NCBI GenBank assembly: GCA_964650285.1
Contig: CAZYSP010000002.1
Location: 9,827-73,826, forward strand
From: an uncultured Methanosarcinales archaeon
Lineage (GTDB): Archaea; Nanobdellota; Nanobdellia; Woesearchaeales; GW2011-AR4
DNA: 64,000 nt
Direction of reading: 5' to 3'
A program made the translations under genes and the position numbers. Within the stretch, counting starts at the first letter, position 1. Each line of letters begins with the position of its first letter. The notes below the pieces were generated by a model, which ran no database searches, had not been told where the DNA came from, and was given only the letters and a program-made list of their open reading frames with translations. Below are positions 57,237 to 64,000 of this stretch, piece by piece.

Positions 57237-57950
57237 ATGGGTAAAAACTTAATACAACAGGCCAGAGGCAAGGGGGGCCCAAGATACAGAGCTCCTAGCT
57301 TTAGATATAAAGGTGAAAGTAAATACACAAAATATGGAGAAGAAACTTTAAGCGGGAAGATAATTGATTTGGTGCATTGTCAGGGTCATAGTGCTCCTCT
57401 TGCACAAATAGAGTATGGAGATGGAAGTATGGTTTTAATACAAGCTCCAGAGGGGGTAAGAGTAGGAGATAAAGTAGAAATGGGGGTTAAGATTGATGTA
57501 AAAAAAGGGAATGTGATACCCTTAAAGAATATACCAGAGGGAATTGCCATCTACAATTTGGAAGCATTACCTGGAGATGGCGGAAAGTTTGTAAGAGCAT
57601 CCGGAGGTTTTGCAAAAATAATCACTAAGATGAAGGATAAAGTTGTTGTTGAGCTGCCATCTGCAAAAAGAAGGGTTTTTTTACCGGAATGCAGGGCCAC
57701 GATTGGTGTTATTGCAGGCAGTGGCAGAAAGGAAAAACCGTTTTTAAAGGCTGGAGAAAGGTATTATGCTATGAAAGCAAGGAATAAATTATGGCCTCAG
57801 GTTTCAGGAACATCAATGAATGCTGTAGACCATCCGTTTGGAGGTTCAAGCTCTGCAGTAAAAGGAGGACCTACACAATCTTCCAGAAATGCGCCTCCTG
57901 GAGCGAAAGTAGGAAAAATTGCACCTAAAAGAACTGGGAAGAGAAGGTAA
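57237..57950 (+). CDS. rpl2: 50S ribosomal protein L2
   Basis: GGGRYRAPS-like N-terminus, HPFGGSS, operon order. Confidence 0.9.
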   Translation: MGKNLIQQARGKGGPRYRAPSFRYKGESKYTKYGEETLSGKIIDLVHCQGHSAPLAQIEYGDGSMVLIQAPEGVRVGDKVEMGVKIDVKKGNVIPLKNIPEGIAIYNLEALPGDGGKFVRASGGFAKIITKMKDKVVVELPSAKRRVFLPECRATIGVIAGSGRKEKPFLKAGERYYAMKARNKLWPQVSGTSMNAVDHPFGGSSSAVKGGPTQSSRNAPPGAKVGKIAPKRTGKRR

Positions 57951-57965
57951 ATTAGAAATCACAAC

Positions 57966-58349
57966 ATGGCAAAAAAAGAATTCGCTTACGGGGGAAAAAC
58001 ACTTGAGGAGTTAAAGAAGCTAAGTTTAAATGAGTTAGCTACGCTGTTGCCGGCAAGGCAGAGAAGGAGTTTGAAAAGGGGGCTTACAGAGCAACATAAA
58101 ATTTTATTGAAAAAGATAAAGAAAAATGAGAGTAACATTAAGACTCATTTCAGAGACATCATAATTTTGCCTGAAATGGTGGGAAAAGTAATAAGGGTTT
58201 ATAGCGGTAAAGAATTCATCCCTGTAACAATAATGGAGGAAATGATCGGGCACTGCCTTGGAGAATTTGTTTTGACAAGAAAAATCGTTGCACACTCTGC
58301 ACCAGGTATAGGGGCTACAAGGTCAAGTGCTGCATTATCGGTCAAGTAA
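57966..58349 (+). CDS. rps19: 30S ribosomal protein S19
   Basis: [26 protein letters not shown]...GHCLGEF S19 signature. Confidence 0.9.
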   Translation: MAKKEFAYGGKTLEELKKLSLNELATLLPARQRRSLKRGLTEQHKILLKKIKKNESNIKTHFRDIIILPEMVGKVIRVYSGKEFIPVTIMEEMIGHCLGEFVLTRKIVAHSAPGIGATRSSAALSVK

Positions 58350-58350
58350 A

Positions 58351-58887
58351 ATGGGAAATAGTTATTCGACAAAAAATTATAATAAAGAAAATATGGCCAG
58401 AGCTATTGGAAGATCGCTGCCTATTTCATTTAAACAAAGCGTAGAAATATGTGAGTTTATAAGAAATAAGAATGTAGGCTATGCAAAGGGTGTTTTAAGA
58501 AAGGTTATTGATCATGAGCAAGCAGTTCCATTTAAAAGGTTTAACACGAATATTGGACATAAAAAGAATATTATGGCTGGGAGGTATCCTAAAAGGGCAT
58601 CAATGGAGATTTTAAACCTTATGAGCAGTGTTGAGGCTAATGCGCAGTTTAAAGGATTGAATACAGCCAACCTTGTAATAACACACATAAATGCAAACAA
58701 GGCATCAAAAGTTATGCATTTCGGCAGAAAAAGGAGTAGATTGTCTAAGAGAACTAATATTGAAATTGTTGTTCAGGAAAAGGCCGTGGATAAAAAACCG
58801 GAAAAAAATGAAATAAAGGTAAAGAAGAAGAATTTGAAAGAACAAAAGAAAGAAGAAAAGAAAATAAAAACACAAAACAAAAAATGA
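58351..58887 (+). CDS. rpl22: 50S ribosomal protein L22
   Basis: ARAIGRSLPISFKQSVEICEFIR..., start at ATG 58351 after the S19 stop; Lys-rich tail. Confidence 0.85.
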   Translation: MGNSYSTKNYNKENMARAIGRSLPISFKQSVEICEFIRNKNVGYAKGVLRKVIDHEQAVPFKRFNTNIGHKKNIMAGRYPKRASMEILNLMSSVEANAQFKGLNTANLVITHINANKASKVMHFGRKRSRLSKRTNIEIVVQEKAVDKKPEKNEIKVKKKNLKEQKKEEKKIKTQNKK

Positions 58888-59660
58888 TTGAAAGAAAATT
58901 TATAGCACAGAAAATAAAAGAATACCAGATACAGGAATACATAAGCAGTAATCTGAAAAACGTTGGCCACAGCCATACGAAAATGGTAAAGACACCTCTT
59001 GGGGAAAAAATTGTCATTTATGCTTCTAGACCTGGGCTTATAGTCGGAAGAAAGGGCCAGAATATAAAGGAGTTAACAAAGACTTTAAAGAAAAGGTTTG
59101 GGCTTGAAAATCCCCAAATAGAAATAAGTGAAGTTGCAGACATTAATTTGGATGCAAACATAGTTGCTGAGAGAATTACTGATTCGCTGGAAAGATTTGG
59201 AGCTCAAAAGTTTAAAGCTATAGGCCATAAGGTAATGGGAAGTGTCATGGCAGCAGGAGCCTTAGGTGTTGAAATAATAGTAAGCGGTAAGATACCCAGC
59301 AGCAGAGCAAAGTCCTGGAGATTTTACTCTGGTTACCTTAAGAAATGTGGGGATATATCGATAGTTGGTGTTGACAAAGCACATGCACAAGCAAGGCTAA
59401 AAACAGGTGTTGTTGGGGTTAAAGTAAGTATAATGCCGCCTGGAACAATATTGCCAGATAAAGTTGAGCTTATTAAAGAAAAGGAAGAGAAAATCGAAAA
59501 AGTTGAAGAGGAAGATAGTGATGAGAAAAAAGAAACAAAACCCCAAGTCAAGAAAAAAGTGAAAGTGAATGCTCAGAAATCAAAGATTTCTGGCACCAAC
59601 TCCATTGGAAAAGAGACTGGAGATAAAAAATCTGATGAAGAAAATAAAAACAAAAAATGA
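58884..59660 (+). CDS. rps3: 30S ribosomal protein S3
   Basis: KH-domain block GLIVGRKGQNIKELT, operon order. Confidence 0.9.
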   Translation: MIERKFIAQKIKEYQIQEYISSNLKNVGHSHTKMVKTPLGEKIVIYASRPGLIVGRKGQNIKELTKTLKKRFGLENPQIEISEVADINLDANIVAERITDSLERFGAQKFKAIGHKVMGSVMAAGALGVEIIVSGKIPSSRAKSWRFYSGYLKKCGDISIVGVDKAHAQARLKTGVVGVKVSIMPPGTILPDKVELIKEKEEKIEKVEEEDSDEKKETKPQVKKKVKVNAQKSKISGTNSIGKETGDKKSDEENKNKK

Positions 59661-59950
59661 AATCTAAAGAAATAAGGAGTCTGGATAAAAATACGCTTGA
59701 TGAAAAAAAAATTGAGCTGAAAAAGGAATTGGTTAAGATGAATGCTCAGGTAGCTATAGGAACTGCGCTTAAGAACCCTGGGCAAGTGAGAGAAATAAAG
59801 AAAATTATAGCAAGAATAGTGACAATACAAAACGAAAAAGTTTTGCAAAAAAAAGATATAAAAAATATAAAACAATCTGAGGTACGAGGAAATCGTAGAT
59901 TTCCGGTACCTCCTAGTAAAAAAAGCTCGGAGGTGAGCAAAAAAGTATGA
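59657..59950 (+). CDS. rpl29: 50S ribosomal protein L29
   Basis: about 97 aa, IRSLDKNTLDEKKIELKKEL L29 start, operon order. Confidence 0.8.
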   Translation: MKSKEIRSLDKNTLDEKKIELKKELVKMNAQVAIGTALKNPGQVREIKKIIARIVTIQNEKVLQKKDIKNIKQSEVRGNRRFPVPPSKKSSEVSKKV

Positions 59951-60255
59951 GCGAAATATGTCCCAAGTGTGGGCTGGTGAAAGAGTTGTGTGTTTGCGAG
60001 ACAATCGCAAAAGAAAGCCAATTGATAAAGGTTTTCCTTGAAAGGAAGAAATTCAGGAAATTTTGCACAATAATTGAAGGCGTAGACCAGAAAGAGATTG
60101 ATATTAAGGATCTTGCAAGGAAACTCAAGGAGCAGTTTGCATGTGGAGGTACTGCCAAAGAAGGTAAAATAGAATTGCAGGGAAATCATAAAAACAAAGT
60201 TAAGGGTATCTTGATAAAGATGGGCTTTCCTCCAGATTCCATAGAAGTTAAGTAA
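59947..60255 (+). CDS. sui1: translation initiation factor SUI1 (aSUI1/eIF1 homolog)
   Basis: CPKCG...CVCE N-terminal Zn knuckle and the SUI1 core FACGGTAKEGKIELQGNHKNKV. Confidence 0.85.
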   Translation: MSEICPKCGLVKELCVCETIAKESQLIKVFLERKKFRKFCTIIEGVDQKEIDIKDLARKLKEQFACGGTAKEGKIELQGNHKNKVKGILIKMGFPPDSIEVK

Positions 60256-60276
60256 ACAAACGATAGGGTTGGTAAA

Positions 60277-60711
60277 ATGAAAGTGAAAAATATAGGTATA
60301 AAAGTTACAAAGCCTGCGGACAAATGTAAGGATGATAATTGCCCTTTCCATGGTAAATTGCGGTGTAGAGGGAGAATTTTTACAGGTACTATAGTATCAG
60401 TTAAGATGCAGAAAAGCGCGATTGTGGAATGGGAATATAGACAATTTCTAAAAAAATATGAAAGATACGAAAAAAGAGGAAGCAGGGTAAAGGTCCATAA
60501 TCCGGCATGTATTAACGCAAGTGAAGGAGATGTTGTTAAAATTATGGAGTGCAGGCCCTTAAGCAAAACCAAGAATTTTGTTATCGTTGAAATTTTAGGA
60601 AAGGAAAAAGGATTCAAGGAAAGAATGGAAGCGGAGGAAGAGGCGAAATTCAGAAAGGAAGTGAAAAAGGATGAGGAGCAGACTGATGCACAGGAAGAGG
60701 TGGCTGTATAG
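60277..60711 (+). CDS. rps17: 30S ribosomal protein S17
   Basis: DDNCPFHGKLRCRGRIFTGTIVS...GDVVKIMECRPLSKTK S17 core; acidic tail. Confidence 0.85.
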   Translation: MKVKNIGIKVTKPADKCKDDNCPFHGKLRCRGRIFTGTIVSVKMQKSAIVEWEYRQFLKKYERYEKRGSRVKVHNPACINASEGDVVKIMECRPLSKTKNFVIVEILGKEKGFKERMEAEEEAKFRKEVKKDEEQTDAQEEVAV

Positions 60712-61113
60712 ATGCAAGCAATAAAATCCAGGGTGACAAAAGCAATCCCTGTTGGAAGCCAAATAGAGACATGTGATAATTCAGGGGCAAAAGTAATCAA
60801 GATATTTACAGTTGTAGGGTGCAAAACCACTAAAGGTAAATACCCTGCAGCAGGCGTTGCTGATCTTGTAATGGCATCTGTTCGAAGAGGCAGACCTGAT
60901 ATGAGAAAACAGGTAGTTTATGCTGTTATAGTAAGACAAAAGAAAGAGTACAAAAGATCTGATGGAATAAGGATAAAGTTTGAAGATAACGCAGCGGTTA
61001 TTTTGAAAGATGATAAGGGAAATCCAAAAGGGACAATATTCAAGGGCGCTATAGCCAAGGAAGTATGTGAGAGGTGGCCTGGCATTGCAAAAATAGCCAG
61101 CATTGTTGTTTAA
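60712..61113 (+). CDS. rpl14: 50S ribosomal protein L14
   Basis: VGSQIETCDNSGAK...KGAIAKEVCERWP L14 pattern. Confidence 0.9.
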   Translation: MQAIKSRVTKAIPVGSQIETCDNSGAKVIKIFTVVGCKTTKGKYPAAGVADLVMASVRRGRPDMRKQVVYAVIVRQKKEYKRSDGIRIKFEDNAAVILKDDKGNPKGTIFKGAIAKEVCERWPGIAKIASIVV

Positions 61114-61188
61114 AAATTAGGTGTTTTATATGAAGCGGAAAGCGACAGACAATTTTGACCCGCTTTCCTGTCATTTTTTGAGGAAAAA

Positions 61189-61569
61189 ATGAAGACAAGA
61201 TTTTCAAGTTCGTGGGCAAGAAGCAAACAACCAAGGAAACAAAGGAAGTATAGACATAATGCTCCATTACATATAAAACAGAAATTTGTTAGTGCACACC
61301 TTTCAAAAGAGTTGAGAAAAAAATACGACAAGAGAAGCATGAACTTAAGGAAGGGTGACGGCATTAAGGTAATGAGAGGTCAATTTAGGAATAAAACAGG
61401 CAAGATTGAAGAGGTTAGTGTAAAGAAAACATTAGTTTATGTTAATGGCATTGAGATTGCCAAGAGAGACGGTACAAAAGCACGGTATCCTATAAGTCCA
61501 TCAAATCTGATGATTACTGAGATTAATATTGATGATAAAATGAGAAATAAAATTGTCAAAAGGAAATAA
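61189..61569 (+). CDS. rpl24: 50S ribosomal protein L24 (KOW)
   Basis: LRKGDGIKVMRGQFRNKTGKI KOW motif. Confidence 0.85.
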   Translation: MKTRFSSSWARSKQPRKQRKYRHNAPLHIKQKFVSAHLSKELRKKYDKRSMNLRKGDGIKVMRGQFRNKTGKIEEVSVKKTLVYVNGIEIAKRDGTKARYPISPSNLMITEINIDDKMRNKIVKRK

Positions 61570-61570
61570 G

Positions 61571-62266
61571 ATGTCAAAGCACCTAAAAAGATATTTTGCT
61601 CCAAAAACTTGGAAAATAAAAAGAAAGGGAATGAAATTTATTGCTAAGCCTAGTCCAGGAACTCATAAAATAGGTGCGTCCTTGCCATTAAACGTTATTT
61701 TAAGGGATATCCTTGGTTATGCAAACAGTAACAGGGAAGTGAAGTTTATACTGGAAAAGAGGAATGTTACAGTTGATGGGGTAAGAAGAAAGGATTGTAG
61801 GTTTCCTGTTGGAGTGTTTGATGTTCTGTCGTTAAATGATGTGGACGAGCATTTTAGAGTTGTTTTGGATAAAATGGGGAATATAGATCTTATTAAAATA
61901 GGAAAAGAGGAAAGCATGTTTAAGTTGTGCAAGATAATAGGAAAAAGTGCCCTTAAAGGGAAGCTGCAATTGAACTTATATGATGGGACAAATATTGTTG
62001 TTCAAGATGGAAGCTATAAAGTTGGGGATGCTATTTTGCTGGATCAAGGAAAAAAGAAAGAGATAAAGGAGAAGATAACCCTTGATAAGAATGTCTTGAT
62101 ATACCTCACTGGTGGCAGACATATCGGCCAAAGCGGAAAGGTGGAGGGCATAAGGGGCAATAGGATTTTGTACAAGACAGAATCTGGGGATGTGGTTGAA
62201 ACATTAAAGGAGTACGCATTTCCAATAGGCAAAGATAAGCCTTTAATCAGTCTAACAGGAAGATGA
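61571..62266 (+). CDS. rps4e: 30S ribosomal protein S4e
   Basis: MSKHLKRYFAPKTWKIKRK typical S4e start, placed at the Met after the L24 stop. Confidence 0.85.
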   Translation: MSKHLKRYFAPKTWKIKRKGMKFIAKPSPGTHKIGASLPLNVILRDILGYANSNREVKFILEKRNVTVDGVRRKDCRFPVGVFDVLSLNDVDEHFRVVLDKMGNIDLIKIGKEESMFKLCKIIGKSALKGKLQLNLYDGTNIVVQDGSYKVGDAILLDQGKKKEIKEKITLDKNVLIYLTGGRHIGQSGKVEGIRGNRILYKTESGDVVETLKEYAFPIGKDKPLISLTGR

Positions 62267-62772
62267 ACCAAATGAGGCAGATAAGCGTAGAAAAAGTCAC
62301 CTTGAACATCGGTGCTGGAAAAGACCAGGCTAAATTAGACAAAGGAATGAAGTTAATAAAAAATATAGCAGGTCATGTTCCGGTAAAAACCTTTACAAAA
62401 AAAAGAATACAGGAATGGGGATTAAGGCCAGGCTTGCCTATAGGATGCAAGTTGACTTTAAGGAATAATGAGGCTCTGGATTTATTGAAAAGGTTATTTG
62501 AGGCAAAAGATAATTTGTTGCAAGCAAGCAATTTGGATAATGAGGGAAACATATCATTTGGCATAAGCGAGTATATTGACGTCCCTGGAGTAAAGTACGA
62601 CCCGGATATAGGCATTATGGGTTTTCAGGTTTGTATCACACTTAAGAGAAATGGATTCAGAATAAAGCACAGAGCTTTGAAAAGACATGCAATTCCCATG
62701 AAACACAGGATAAGAAAACAAGAGGCTATTAATTTTATGAAAAATACATTTAATTTGGGTATAGGTGAATAA
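62263..62772 (+). CDS. rpl5: 50S ribosomal protein L5
   Basis: operon position; [26 protein letters not shown]5 block. Confidence 0.85.
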   Translation: MNQMRQISVEKVTLNIGAGKDQAKLDKGMKLIKNIAGHVPVKTFTKKRIQEWGLRPGLPIGCKLTLRNNEALDLLKRLFEAKDNLLQASNLDNEGNISFGISEYIDVPGVKYDPDIGIMGFQVCITLKRNGFRIKHRALKRHAIPMKHRIRKQEAINFMKNTFNLGIGE

Positions 62773-63004
62773 AATGACTTACAGCAATCATAGAAAGGTC
62801 TTCAAGCAACTTAAATCCAAACCAATAAAACTCAAAAAATTCCTTAAGCATAATGTTCCTAAAAAAAGGAGTTGCGGAATCGCTCTTAAAAAATGCGGAA
62901 GGTGTGGAAGAATGAGGAGTACTTTAAGCAGTTATGGATTAAATATATGCAGGCAGTGCTTTAGAGAAACAGCAACAAATCTTGGATTCAAAAAATATAA
63001 TTGA
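62765..63004 (+). CDS. rps14: 30S ribosomal protein S14 (type Z, zinc-binding)
   Basis: [25 protein letters not shown]. Confidence 0.85.
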   Translation: MNKMTYSNHRKVFKQLKSKPIKLKKFLKHNVPKKRSCGIALKKCGRCGRMRSTLSSYGLNICRQCFRETATNLGFKKYN

Positions 63005-63011
63005 GGTTAAA

Positions 63012-63404
63012 ATGTCATTAAACGACCCATTAGCTAATGCCTTATCATCAATTTTAACAGACGAGAAGGCAGGAAGAAATGAAAGTAGAATCAAGCCATC
63101 TTCAAAAATGATCAAGAAGGTGCTTGAAGTCATGAAAACTAACAAGTATGTAGGAGAGTTTGAAGAAGTAAAAGATAGAGTAGGCAATATAATCAAATTG
63201 AATCTATTGGGAAATATAAACAAATGCGGGGTCATAAAACCAAGGTACAGCGTAAAAAAAGACCAATTTGAGAGATTTGAAGAACGGTATCTTTTGGCAA
63301 GAGGAATGGGCATACTGATTGTATCAACACCTTTAGGGATTATTACACATATTGAGGCAAGAAAGAAAGGCATCGGAGGAAAACTTCTGGCTTATTGTTA
63401 TTAA
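63012..63404 (+). CDS. rps8: 30S ribosomal protein S8
   Basis: MSLNDPLANALSSILTDEKAG S8 start; start at ATG 63012. Confidence 0.85.
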   Translation: MSLNDPLANALSSILTDEKAGRNESRIKPSSKMIKKVLEVMKTNKYVGEFEEVKDRVGNIIKLNLLGNINKCGVIKPRYSVKKDQFERFEERYLLARGMGILIVSTPLGIITHIEARKKGIGGKLLAYCY

Positions 63405-63406
63405 AA

Positions 63407-63967
63407 ATGGGAAGGAAAGAAAGTAAGAGTAAAGGACTAAGTATTGAAATGAAAATTCCGGAGAAGGTTACGGCGCAATTAGATGGTAGCATATTGGCGT
63501 TAAAGGGTCCAAATGGAGAGTCAAAATATGACTTTTCAGATAAGAAGGTTGGTATAGAGCACAAAGAAGATACTATAACACTAAAAGTGTCTAGGTTCAA
63601 TAAAGTAAATAAGAAAATCATAAAATCATATGCTGCTCACATAAAGAACATGGTAAAGGGAAGCTTAGAAGGTTGCAAGTATACTTTAAAGATATGTTCC
63701 GGACATTTTCCAATGAATGTTTCTGTGAGTAATGGTCATCTTATTGTAAAAAATTTTCTTGGGGAAAAGGTTCCAAGAACACTTAAATTAAAACCTGGAG
63801 CAGAGGTTAAGGTTGAAGGAGACCTTATCGTAGTGGAAAGCCCGAGCAAAGAAATTGCAGGACAAGTGAGTGCTGACATTGAGCAGCTTACAAGAAGGAC
63901 AGGGTATGATTCGCGGATTTTTCAGGATGGCATCTGGATAGTCTCTAAGGGTGATAAAGAGGTTTAA
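63407..63967 (+). CDS. rpl6: 50S ribosomal protein L6
   Basis: two-domain L6 pattern (IPEKVTAQLDGSILALKGPNGE...), operon order; exact start uncertain (63395, 63407 or 63449). Confidence 0.8.
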   Translation: MGRKESKSKGLSIEMKIPEKVTAQLDGSILALKGPNGESKYDFSDKKVGIEHKEDTITLKVSRFNKVNKKIIKSYAAHIKNMVKGSLEGCKYTLKICSGHFPMNVSVSNGHLIVKNFLGEKVPRTLKLKPGAEVKVEGDLIVVESPSKEIAGQVSADIEQLTRRTGYDSRIFQDGIWIVSKGDKEV

Positions 63968-64000
63968 GTAAGAAAATGCTATCAATTAAAGAATTATTGG

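Noticed and set aside
1-64000. CRISPR arrays, transposases, integrases, prophage-like blocks
   Set aside because: None seen. No direct-repeat/spacer periodicity, and no DDE, tyrosine or serine recombinase motifs in any frame I read.

Overview
This reads as an AT-rich (about 30% GC) archaeal chromosomal segment with DPANN-like character, judged from gene content; no BLAST was run. It is dense with translation, replication and tRNA-modification housekeeping genes. These include aIF5B, EF-1beta preceded by a Zn-ribbon gene, RtcA, Trm1, Taw1/TYW1, a CCA enzyme, GyrA, PCNA, Hef, RNase J-like, Tmk, Dut, TFS and ScpB. There is a riboflavin cluster (ribH, phosphoesterase, archaeal ribC, CTP-type ribK) and a MoxR/VWA ATPase pair. 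The window ends with a canonical archaeal ribosomal-protein operon running L3-L4-L23-L2-S19-L22-S3-L29-SUI1-S17-L14-L24-S4e-L5-S14-S8-L6, with no RNase P p29 gene between SUI1 and S17. The points that deserve a second look are these. (1) A GC-rich dispersed repeat family (three full copies and one partial) sits around the riboflavin genes; its internal blocks are conserved while its terminal stems differ between copies yet stay complementary, which suggests a structured element. (2) Two tRNAs are interrupted by introns, including non-canonical D-loop and T-loop positions. (3) Trm1 is split by a +1 frameshift in an A-run. (4) The primase is a fusion of the PriS catalytic core with a PriL C-terminal FPPC domain. 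(5) Three small proteins sharing a domain sit in tandem. (6) Two Zn-ribbon genes under 60 aa are missing from the ORF track. I saw no CRISPR array, transposase or integrase. Many antisense ORFs in the supplied track are shadows of real genes.
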